A DNA stretch of 51,257 nt, taken from NCBI GenBank assembly GCA_038323715.1, contig JBBQHF010000006.1, positions 1 to 51,257 of the forward strand, given 5' to 3'. Position 1 is the first letter of the stretch. Each line of letters opens with the position of its first letter. Source of the stretch: Patescibacteria group bacterium. Its GTDB lineage: Bacteria > Patescibacteriota > Patescibacteriia > Patescibacteriales > UBA12465. The position numbers and the translations under genes are program-made. Below the pieces are notes generated by a model. That model had not been told where the DNA came from, searched no databases, and saw only the letters and a list, made by a program, of their open reading frames with translations. Positions 30,344-37,796 of the stretch are shown piece by piece.

Positions 30344-31153
30344 TTGTTTTATAATATATTTATTATGATAAATATTAATAGTTTAGAAAATAAAAAAATT
30401 AAAGAAATAGTTAGACTTAGAAAAGCTAATATTAGAAAAGAGTCTGGCTTGTTTTTAATTGATGGCAAACGAGAAATAAGCGCCGCCTTAGAAGCGGGCA
30501 TTAAGATTGAAGAAATATTTTATTGTCCCGACTTTAGTCCAGATGATAGTGGACTTTTGGAAGGTATTTCTTATGAAAGCCAAGTTGTTGTTTCTAAATC
30601 TGTTTTTCAGAAAATGGCATATAAAGAAAATCCAGACGGATTTCTAGCAACCGCAAAAAGTATCAATACCAGTTTAGATAAAATAAAATTAAGTAAAAAT
30701 CCTTTAATTGTTATTTTAGAATCCGTTGAAAAACCCGGTAATTTGGGAGCGATTATTAGAACTGCTTATGCGGCCGGCGTTGATGCTATAATAATTAATG
30801 ATAATCAAACTGATATATTTAATCCTAACGTTATCAGGGCTAGTGAGGGGCTTATTTTTAATACTCAGATAGCTTCGGCTAGTATTGAGGCCACAATTAA
30901 TTGGTTAAAAAGTAATCATATTAAAAGTTTTGCAGCGGCCACATCCGCTAGTTCTGATTATTTAAAATCAGATATGTCGGGCCCAACAGCTATTGTTTTG
31001 GGGTCAGAGGCTAATGGATTGAGCGATAAATGGCTTAAGGTGGTAAATAAGAAAATACTTATTTCTATGAAAAAAGGAATAGATTCCCTTAATGTTTCAG
31101 TTTCAGCGGCGATAATTATTTTTGAAGCAGTTAGACAAAGGAATATTAGTTAA
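30344..31153 (+). CDS. TrmH/SpoU-family RNA 2'-O-methyltransferase (RlmB-like); the true start may be a few codons downstream
   Basis: SPOUT motifs (LESVEKPGNLGAIIRTA, VLGSEANGLS, PMKKGIDSLNVSVSAAI-like). Confidence 0.88.
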   Translation: MFYNIFIMININSLENKKIKEIVRLRKANIRKESGLFLIDGKREISAALEAGIKIEEIFYCPDFSPDDSGLLEGISYESQVVVSKSVFQKMAYKENPDGFLATAKSINTSLDKIKLSKNPLIVILESVEKPGNLGAIIRTAYAAGVDAIIINDNQTDIFNPNVIRASEGLIFNTQIASASIEATINWLKSNHIKSFAAATSASSDYLKSDMSGPTAIVLGSEANGLSDKWLKVVNKKILISMKKGIDSLNVSVSAAIIIFEAVRQRNIS

Positions 31154-31164
31154 AAATTGGCAGT

Positions 31165-31193
31165 TTGACAATGACAGCTAATTCTATTATTAT
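31165..31193 (+). promoter_or_regulatory. sigma70-like promoter for tRNA-Arg/tRNA-His
   Basis: TTGACA (31165-31170), 17-nt spacer, TATTAT (31188-31193), about 20 nt upstream of tRNA-Arg. Confidence 0.5.
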
Positions 31194-31212
31194 AAGACAA
31201 GATTAGATATAT

Positions 31213-31284
31213 GCGCCCGTAGTTCAATGGATAGAACACCAGCCTTCTAAGCTGGTTATGAGGGTTCGATTCCCCCCGGGCGTA
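31213..31284 (+). tRNA. tRNA-Arg (anticodon UCU)
   Basis: Acceptor GCGCCCG/CGGGCGT (G1.U72 wobble), D stem GTTC/GAAC, anticodon stem CCAGC/GCTGG, loop CT-TCT-AA. The T arm GAGGG-TTCGATT-CCCCC has one A.C mismatch. Confidence 0.85.
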
Positions 31285-31305
31285 CGTTTTGAGAAAAACA
31301 AGCAT

Positions 31306-31377
31306 GGTGCCTATGGTGTAGTGGTAACACGCCAGGTTGTGGTCCTGTTATTGTGGGTTCGATTCCCACTAGGCACC
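31306..31377 (+). tRNA. tRNA-His (anticodon GUG) with genomically encoded G-1
   Basis: G-1 pairs with discriminator C73. Acceptor GTGCCTA/TAGGCAC, anticodon loop TT-GTG-GT, T arm GTGGG-TTCGATT-CCCAC. Confidence 0.9.
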
Positions 31378-31385
31378 CTATAAAT

Positions 31386-31415
31386 AAAAAGAGCAGATAT
31401 TATCTGCTCTTTTTG
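31386..31415 (+). terminator. intrinsic terminator after tRNA-His (module a)
   Basis: GAGCAGATA-T-TATCTGCTC perfect hairpin followed by TTTTT. Confidence 0.75.
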
Positions 31416-31428
31416 TTTAGGTAGTAGA

Positions 31429-31570
31429 GGAATCGAACAGGTTGGAAGCGAAATATGAGTTGAGGCGGAAGCCGAAACGAGTAATTGAGTGTCGGACAAA
31501 TATCCGGGGGATATTTGGACGCCAACCCAGGACAAGTGAGCTTTTTGCATTATGGCAAAAAGCGAGCGCG
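31429..31570 (+). repeat. 142-nt structured repeat, copy 1 (unclassified; candidate ncRNA or miniature mobile element)
   Basis: Identical to 32752-32893 at 141/142 positions by my alignment. About 49% G+C by my count (70/142). Contains two perfect 9-bp hairpins and a GNRA-capped hairpin. Confidence 0.85.
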
Positions 31571-31572
31571 CT

Positions 31573-31625
31573 TTCCCGATAGGCACCCCATTTGGAAAAG
31601 ACGAGCTTAAAGGCTCATTTTTTTA
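31573..31625 (+). other. tRNA-His 3'-end-like remnant plus weak hairpin and T-run (module b)
   Basis: TTCCCGATAGGCACCC compared with the genuine tRNA end TTCCCACTAGGCACCC (14/16). GAGC-TTAAAG-GCTC and a T-run follow. Confidence 0.6.
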
Positions 31626-31684
31626 TTTACTTTTTAACTAAACCAAGGTAAACTTATTGTATAATTATCATATTATTTTTAGTT

Positions 31685-32293
31685 ATGAAAAAATTAATAT
31701 TTATTGCAATTATTCCATTATTTTTAATTATCTCTGGTATTGTTTTTGCTGCCGAAGGTATAAAATATGATTTTGATGATGTTGAGGTTAAATATGCCGC
31801 CGAATTTACAGCCAAACCTATAAGTGTTGATTCTGATAATTGGATAGCCCAGATTGCAGGAGGCATTGATAAGCCTATAACTATTCTTTATGGAATTGTT
31901 AATCTTAAAAAAAATGGGGAAACTCAAATGTCTGAAGAATTTATTAAAGTTAGCGGTCAGGGTGGTTCAGAAAGATTTCTGATAAATAGCGCCACTTACG
32001 ATTATTACGAAGGAACGAGTAATTATTCGGAGATAAAATCATTTTTTTGGTCCGCTAAAAAATTAGTAGATAACAGTGTTATTAAAGATTTTACGTTACC
32101 AATTAGATCGGTTAGTTTATATAGGAAATTTGATGTATCCCAACAAATAAGTAATATAGTATTATCATTTTCTAATAATGGACAGGAAGCTACTAGTGAA
32201 TTTTCGTCTTCAATCCCCTCTAAAAATTTATATGAGGCAGATATTACCACATTAAATCAATCTGGTGCCACAACCGCAACAATCTCTAATTAA
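31685..32293 (+). CDS. hypothetical secreted protein (202 aa) with an N-terminal signal peptide
   Basis: MKKLIFIAIIPLFLIISGIVFA|AEG is signal-peptide-like. No family recognised. Lies between the two repeat copies. Confidence 0.6.
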   Translation: MKKLIFIAIIPLFLIISGIVFAAEGIKYDFDDVEVKYAAEFTAKPISVDSDNWIAQIAGGIDKPITILYGIVNLKKNGETQMSEEFIKVSGQGGSERFLINSATYDYYEGTSNYSEIKSFFWSAKKLVDNSVIKDFTLPIRSVSLYRKFDVSQQISNIVLSFSNNGQEATSEFSSSIPSKNLYEADITTLNQSGATTATISN

Positions 32294-32297
32294 ATTT

Positions 32298-32546
32298 ATG
32301 AATAAAATAATTATTATCATTATCGGGGTGGTGCTTATTGGAGGAATAGTGTTCGCTTTCAAAAATCTTTATAGCCCATTAGTAGTGGCCCCAGAATTAA
32401 CATCCACGGTCAACACTGAAAAAACAACGCCTTCTCAGACTCAGGTTAGCTCAACTTCAACCACAAGTATGGTTAAGCCAGTAGACATTTCAATAAATAT
32501 TCTTGATCGAATCGAAATAGCTATTCGAGCAAAGCTTCAAAAATAG
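32298..32546 (+). CDS. hypothetical small membrane-anchored Ser/Thr-rich protein (82 aa from MNKIIII...)
   Basis: The ORF-track start at 32265 overlaps the upstream gene by 29 nt. The internal ATG at 32298 begins directly with the TM helix, so I prefer it. Confidence 0.5.
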   Translation: MNKIIIIIIGVVLIGGIVFAFKNLYSPLVVAPELTSTVNTEKTTPSQTQVSSTSTTSMVKPVDISINILDRIEIAIRAKLQK

Positions 32547-32682
32547 AAACACCACGGCATTCCTTGTTGTTACTTATTTTGATTACAAAATATTTATAAT
32601 TTATACTTCAAAATCAAAACTCTTCTGAAAAATATCTAGCTCTATAGCTATGTTTTCCCAATCAAAAGTTCTGAACGCATCA

Positions 32683-32731
32683 CATAGTGGACCCTATAAT
32701 AAAAAAGAATAGATTTTATCTATTCTTTTTT
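32683..32731 (+). other. tRNA-His 3'-end-like remnant plus terminator hairpin (module c)
   Basis: CATAGTGGACCCTATAATAAAAAA-GAATAGAT-TTT-ATCTATTC-TTTTTT parallels CACTAGGCACCCTATAAATAAAAA-GAGCAGATA-T-TATCTGCTC-TTTTT of module a. Confidence 0.6.
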
Positions 32732-32751
32732 ATTATGGCTGGAACAGCCAG

Positions 32752-32893
32752 GGAATCGAACAGGTTGGAAGCGAAATATGAGTTGAGGCGGAAGCCGAAA
32801 CGAGTAATTGAGTGTCGGACAAATATCCGGGGGATATTTGGACGCCAACCCAGGACAAGTGAGCTTTTTGCATTATGGCAAAAAGTGAGCGCG
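32752..32893 (+). repeat. 142-nt structured repeat, copy 2
   Basis: Same orientation as copy 1. The single difference is T32886 against C31563. Confidence 0.85.
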
Positions 32894-32902
32894 ATGATTT
32901 CT

Positions 32903-32947
32903 GAGTAGCCACCCATAAAAAAGAGCACATAATGTGTACTCTTTTTT
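32903..32947. other. tRNA-His 3'-end-like remnant plus bidirectional terminator hairpin (module d)
   Basis: GAGTAGCCACCCATAAAAAA-GAGCACAT..ATGTGTACTC-TTTTTTGTTT parallels module a, including the TTTTTGTTT tail. Confidence 0.55.
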
Positions 32948-32972
32948 GTTTGCTTTGTGTATTTTTGAGACT

Positions 32973-33185
32973 TTATTTTTTTTCTTTATATTTTACCTCC
33001 CAAGTTAGGCCTGTTTTTATACCAGATATTGCTGGTAATAGATGATTAAGGACCTGCTCAGCTGTCATCCGAAATTTATTACCTTTGGCAGAAATTTTAA
33101 CCCAACCATCCTGGTCGCGAAAATATTTTTCAGTGAAATTTTTAGTGCCTATTGATATTATGTAGCTGTCATTTGTTAATTTCAT
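32973..33185 (-). CDS. hypothetical small protein (70 aa)
   Basis: ORF with TGATATAAT ending about 8 nt upstream of its ATG, so possibly leaderless. No family recognised. Confidence 0.45.
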   Translation of the reverse strand: MKLTNDSYIISIGTKNFTEKYFRDQDGWVKISAKGNKFRMTAEQVLNHLLPAISGIKTGLTWEVKYKEKK

Positions 33186-33290
33186 ATTTTAAATTATATC
33201 ACGGAGGGTTTTATATCGTCGAGGGCAGTGAGTTTATGGTCTCGGGATGATGTGATACATAAGATCTTATAATTAGATTTTAATTATTTT

Positions 33291-33872
33291 TTAGATTTTT
33301 AAGCGCTTAGACCATATTACTAAAGCGCTTAACATTTCACTAATTTTGTTTTTTGTATAATCGTCAATTAAATTGCCCTCGATATCAAATTTTTCCTGGA
33401 TAGCCCCAACCATTACCTCGGGACGATTTAAGGGGTGCATGTCTAAAGCAACTAAAATTTGACGTAAATGATATTGCATACGAGCGGTAGCGATATTACC
33501 CGTTGAACCACCCATAATCGCCGCTAGTTTGCCCTTAAAACTATTATCACCATATGGCCTTGACCCCCAATCAATGGCATTTTTCAAAACGCCAGATATA
33601 GAATAATTATATTCTGGGCCTACAAACAAAACAGCATCCGCCGCTTTAATTTTGTTTTTAAATTCTTGAACCGCGGCCGGTAAATTAATTTCAAAATCTT
33701 GATTAAAAAGCGGCAGCTGCCCAATTTCTGAAATTTCCAATTCAATTTCGGCTGGCGCTAACGCAACCGCGGCTTGCAATAAACCGGTATTAAATGAGTC
33801 TTTACGTAAACTACCAGAGATACCAACAACTTTAATTTTATTATTTTCTATCATATTATTCTGGTTAAGCAT
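33291..33872 (-). CDS. NAD(P)H-dependent FMN reductase family oxidoreductase
   Basis: KVVGISGSLRKDSFNTGLL...FVGPEYNYSISGVLKNAIDW is the flavodoxin-like FMN_red pattern. Confidence 0.88.
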   Translation of the reverse strand: MLNQNNMIENNKIKVVGISGSLRKDSFNTGLLQAAVALAPAEIELEISEIGQLPLFNQDFEINLPAAVQEFKNKIKAADAVLFVGPEYNYSISGVLKNAIDWGSRPYGDNSFKGKLAAIMGGSTGNIATARMQYHLRQILVALDMHPLNRPEVMVGAIQEKFDIEGNLIDDYTKNKISEMLSALVIWSKRLKI

Positions 33873-34032
33873 TATTAATACAAAGATTATACTCTTTTTT
33901 ACAGTAATTTACGAGTCCTTAGACTCGTTTTTCTTTGGACCGAGACCTTGATTACATCTTCAAAAAATTATATAATAAAATACCCATGATATTAGAATAA
34001 TAATAATTTGAATTTATTCTAATCATTTATAT

Positions 34033-34239
34033 TTGTTGTTTATGAATAAAAAATCTATCAAAATATTTGGCCTAGCCTTGATCATTATAGTCACACTAGT
34101 AATGTTAATTGTTTTTTATGTAGATTTTTTCATAAGAATTAAGATATTATCGTATCGGCTAGTTATAATATTTCTCACTCTGATATTATTATCAAATTTA
34201 AGTGCTAAAATTTTAGTAAATTATTTTAAACATAACTAA
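34033..34239 (+). CDS. hypothetical small two-TM membrane protein (68 aa), first gene of the GT2 cluster
   Basis: Two hydrophobic helices. Ends 6 nt before the GT2 start. Confidence 0.5.
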   Translation: MLFMNKKSIKIFGLALIIIVTLVMLIVFYVDFFIRIKILSYRLVIIFLTLILLSNLSAKILVNYFKHN

Positions 34240-34245
34240 AAACAT

Positions 34246-35652
34246 ATGTTTAAAAAATTTTTAATTTATTTTTCTTTATATGTAGTAACGCTTTGGATTA
34301 TTATATCTGTTTTTTTGTTGACGCCATCTGATAGCGAAAACTTTCCCGTTATTAGATTAATTATTATTTCTTTTGCCTCCGTTCTTTTGATAAAATATTT
34401 TGTCTACATGATAATCAGCCCGTGGCATGACGTTTTTGTGGCCTGGTCAGAATATAAAAATAGAAAAATATATAATTATAAAACATATAGACCCAGAGTA
34501 ACTGTTTTAGTCCCGGCCTGGAATGAAGAAAGTGGGATTATTACAACGCTTCAGTCGCTGATAAATAGTTCTTATAAAAAATTAGAAATAATAGTGATTG
34601 ATAATGCTTCAACGGATGATACTGCGGTTAATGTTGTTAGTTTTATTAAAAAATATAAAAAATTAGAAAAGTTTTATGGAGAAAACATTAAAATTATTTA
34701 TACCAGAGAGGACCAAAAAGGCAAAGGATATGCTCTTAATAAAGGCATCGCGATGGCTACTGGAGAAATTATAGTATCTATTGATGCTGATTGTTTTGTT
34801 CCTAAAGAAACTATACAAAATTTTGTTAATTATTTTAAAGACGACAAGGTAATGGCGGCCGTGGGCAATGTTAAAATAGGCAACACTAAATCTATTATTG
34901 AAGTTATTCAATATTTAGAGTTTCTATTTTCATTTTATTTTAAAAAATGTGATTCCTTGTTGGGTTCTATTTATATAATTGGTGGCGCTGCTGGAGCGTT
35001 TAGAAGAAAAATTTTTGATGACATTGGTGGTTATAGTGTTACTAATATAACAGAAGACATTAATTTATCTTTTAGAATACAACACGAGGGCCTGAAGATA
35101 ATTTATGCGGAGCAAGCGATTGTTTATACAGAAGGAGCCACTGATTTTACGGGCTTGATTCAACAAAGATTGAGGTGGAAAAAGGGTAGATTAGAAACAT
35201 TTTTAGAATATCGCAAGATGTTTTTTAGTAAAGATAAAAATCATAAAAAAGTTTTATCTTGGTTTGTTTTGCCGCTTGCGGTATTTGGGGATATGCAATT
35301 ATTTTTAGAATTATTTTTTATATTATTTGTCTATATTTATTCTTATCTGACAAAAGATTATTCCTCATTTATTTCTGGAATTATTGTGGTTAGTTCCATG
35401 TTCGCGGTGCAGATATTATTTGATGTGAGTGAAAAAAGAAAAAAAAGGTTATTTTTATTAGCGCCTATTGGCTGGCTATTGCTTTATGCTAGTACTTTTG
35501 TAGAATTTAGAGCTTTAATAAAATCATTGTGGGGCTATATTAAGAAGGAGGAAGTAGTTTGGCAGCAGTGGAATCGTAAAGGAGTTTTCTCTCAGTTCAC
35601 TCAAAATAAAACAATCCCGGTCGCCACGGTTACTAAAAAAAATAGAGATTAA
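34246..35652 (+). CDS. processive family-2 glycosyltransferase (PgaC/IcaA/NodC/HAS-like polysaccharide synthase)
   Basis: VTVLVPAWNEE...IIVIDNASTDDT, IVSIDADC (DxD), GGAGAFRR, and QQRLRWKKG (QxxRW), with TM helices on both sides of the catalytic domain. Confidence 0.85.
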   Translation: MFKKFLIYFSLYVVTLWIIISVFLLTPSDSENFPVIRLIIISFASVLLIKYFVYMIISPWHDVFVAWSEYKNRKIYNYKTYRPRVTVLVPAWNEESGIITTLQSLINSSYKKLEIIVIDNASTDDTAVNVVSFIKKYKKLEKFYGENIKIIYTREDQKGKGYALNKGIAMATGEIIVSIDADCFVPKETIQNFVNYFKDDKVMAAVGNVKIGNTKSIIEVIQYLEFLFSFYFKKCDSLLGSIYIIGGAAGAFRRKIFDDIGGYSVTNITEDINLSFRIQHEGLKIIYAEQAIVYTEGATDFTGLIQQRLRWKKGRLETFLEYRKMFFSKDKNHKKVLSWFVLPLAVFGDMQLFLELFFILFVYIYSYLTKDYSSFISGIIVVSSMFAVQILFDVSEKRKKRLFLLAPIGWLLLYASTFVEFRALIKSLWGYIKKEEVVWQQWNRKGVFSQFTQNKTIPVATVTKKNRD

Positions 35653-35657
35653 CACAT

Positions 35658-36929
35658 ATGTTTAAAGTACGGCTAATATTAAAGAATCGTTTAATGCTAG
35701 TTAGTGTTTTGGCTCTCGTCTTATTTGCTAGCTACTTTTTGTTTAGTCATAATAAAAAAATAAAAAATGCAGTTAATAATAATTACTCAGGGGTTGGATC
35801 CGCGCCAATTCAAAACGATAGTCAGCTGGTGGATATTAATATCGCGGTGCCTGACAACACTCAGGCCACAAATAGTGCCAATATCATAGTGCAAAATATT
35901 ATACAACCGGAAACAACCACCTTGAGAATAGGGAAAATTCCAGTTGTTATTTCGGAATTAAAAAATACAACCACTACTAACAAAATAACCATTGTTCAAT
36001 TACCAAGCGAGGTTATGGCTTGGGTTTATCCTGGTAATCCGACCTGCGCAGCAAAGAGGGAATACTCAGACGGCAGAAGGATTACTATTCTTAAACCAGA
36101 ATACTTTAATATTGATGAAAACGGCCAATTAATATTGCTGACGGAAAAAAACAATGGCTGTAATGGTTATTCATTGTCTAATGTTGCGGATTTAAAAAAA
36201 TATTCAACGCAACAGTATGTCACTATCTCGTCTTCTTATGCGGTTAGCATGAATTTATTTTTAGATAATAGTTTGGATGATTCAAATAATATTGACACCC
36301 TAGTTTCTTTTGTAGTTGATAATAATTTAACTGGTTTAGAAATAGATTTTGAAGATTTTGGTGGATGGGATAAGGAAGTTTATGATAAATACAAAAAATT
36401 CTTATTAAAATTAGGAACCGCCTTACATGAAAAAAAGAAAAAACTTATGATAGATGGCCCGGCCACATCTAACGTGGTTGAAGATGCTTGGTATGTTTGG
36501 CGTTATTCAGATTTTAATAATTTACCGGTAGATAAAATAGTTGTTATGGCCTATGACTATCAGTATGATCAAGGTGCTGGGCAGCCCGTATCACCGATAG
36601 CTTGGATTAAAAATACTATTAATTGGACACTTAAAAAAATTGATGATAAGTCAAAGCTTTCTTTAGGAATACCATCGTATGGTTATAAAGGAAGTGTTGG
36701 TGCTCATAAATTTTCTCTTTTAACTTATGAACAGATTAAGAAAGAGCCGGGTTTTGATACCGCGACACGAGACCCAGAATCGTTTGAAATGACTTGGAGT
36801 AATGGTAATAATATTTATTTCTATCAAGATGCTGAAAGTATGTCTAAAAAATTACAAACCATTCAAGCTGCCGGCATAAAATCTGTTTCAGTTTGGCACC
36901 TGGGCGGCAATTTGTGGTTTAATAATTAA
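35658..36929 (+). CDS. membrane-anchored GH18-like (chitinase-fold) protein
   Basis: N-terminal TM segment. LTGLEIDFEDFGGW resembles the GH18 DxxDxDxE strand, and MAYDY is also GH18-like. Confidence 0.7.
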   Translation: MFKVRLILKNRLMLVSVLALVLFASYFLFSHNKKIKNAVNNNYSGVGSAPIQNDSQLVDINIAVPDNTQATNSANIIVQNIIQPETTTLRIGKIPVVISELKNTTTTNKITIVQLPSEVMAWVYPGNPTCAAKREYSDGRRITILKPEYFNIDENGQLILLTEKNNGCNGYSLSNVADLKKYSTQQYVTISSSYAVSMNLFLDNSLDDSNNIDTLVSFVVDNNLTGLEIDFEDFGGWDKEVYDKYKKFLLKLGTALHEKKKKLMIDGPATSNVVEDAWYVWRYSDFNNLPVDKIVVMAYDYQYDQGAGQPVSPIAWIKNTINWTLKKIDDKSKLSLGIPSYGYKGSVGAHKFSLLTYEQIKKEPGFDTATRDPESFEMTWSNGNNIYFYQDAESMSKKLQTIQAAGIKSVSVWHLGGNLWFNN

Positions 36930-36981
36930 TAAACTTTTACTATTAATGCTATAATGAAGTTAGAACTTTAAAAAAATAGTA

Positions 36982-37680
36982 ATGAAACAGATTATTGGAA
37001 AAAGTGTTGGCAGGGTTTGGTTATTTATTTTAGCCATACTAGCAATTTACATTTTTAAAATTCGTAACCAAGTTAAGGTTATTGGACGAAAAAATCTCCC
37101 TAAAAATAATGGAATACTATATGTCTCAAATCACCACACGTTAATTGATTCTTTATTAATTGGGATTAGTGTGTCGTCAATTTTTGATGTATTTTTCCAT
37201 TATGATCGCATTCCTTGGAATGCTCCCGATTACGACAATTTTTTTAAGCATCCGATTGGACGGCAATTAATTCATTTATCAAAATGTGTGCCCGTTCATC
37301 GTCATACTGCTAAATTGGAAGTAATAAACAGGGATATCAACAATTTCTGCGAAACCCTAAAATATAGTAATTTAGTTTTATTTTTTGAGGGGACTAGAAC
37401 AAGAAATGGGCAAATAAGCGACTGTAAGTATGGGGTGGCAAAAACAATATCTCGAGTGAATCCTAATTATGTTGTCCCGATTTATTTACATGGAGTGCAG
37501 CCCATTATGCCAATAAAATCTGGTTTTAATTTTACTAAAATCTACGGTGGCCATAAAGGGCTATTGTTTATTGGCAAACCTATCATTTTTAGTGATTTAA
37601 GCGATGAAGAGATGATTAAAAATGAAGTAAAGAGTGCTGTTTTAGAATTACAAAAGCAGCAAGAAAAAATGAAAAAATAA
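36982..37680 (+). CDS. plsC: lysophospholipid (1-acyl-sn-glycerol-3-phosphate) acyltransferase
   Basis: HX4D motif (SNHHTLIDS), FFEGTRTRNG, and an N-terminal TM segment. Confidence 0.85.
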   Translation: MKQIIGKSVGRVWLFILAILAIYIFKIRNQVKVIGRKNLPKNNGILYVSNHHTLIDSLLIGISVSSIFDVFFHYDRIPWNAPDYDNFFKHPIGRQLIHLSKCVPVHRHTAKLEVINRDINNFCETLKYSNLVLFFEGTRTRNGQISDCKYGVAKTISRVNPNYVVPIYLHGVQPIMPIKSGFNFTKIYGGHKGLLFIGKPIIFSDLSDEEMIKNEVKSAVLELQKQQEKMKK

Positions 37681-37688
37681 TTTATTGT

Positions 37689-37720
37689 AAAAAGGGCGTA
37701 ACAATTGTTGCGCCTTTTTC
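37689..37720 (+). terminator. intrinsic terminator after plsC
   Basis: GGCGTAAC-AATT-GTTGCGCC hairpin followed by TTTTT. Confidence 0.7.
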
Positions 37721-37796
37721 ATATTAAGGCTGAGTTAGGCAAAAATGGCTATAAATGGTAAAATTTAGATTAAGAAATAAAATATAAAAATTTATT

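Noticed and set aside
31311-31586. 91-aa minus-strand ORF, and the related ORFs 32687-32908(+), 32716-32928(-) and 32733-32930(-)
   Set aside because: They read through tRNA-His and/or the 142-nt repeat. Starts are not conserved between the two copies, and copy 1 has a stop and no ATG upstream in the + frame. The region is dominated by perfect hairpins. I treat it as non-coding, although a small-peptide gene cannot be fully excluded.
32265-32297. The ORF-track start codon at 32265 for the small membrane protein
   Set aside because: It would overlap the upstream gene by 29 nt and add a non-hydrophobic prefix. The ATG at 32298 starts directly at the TM helix. This is uncertain, so the feature confidence is kept low.
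31429-32893. The two 142-nt repeats as a DGR template/variable repeat pair
   Set aside because: No reverse transcriptase is in the window. The single mismatch is C/T and not at an adenine. Neither copy lies at the 3' end of a credible target gene.
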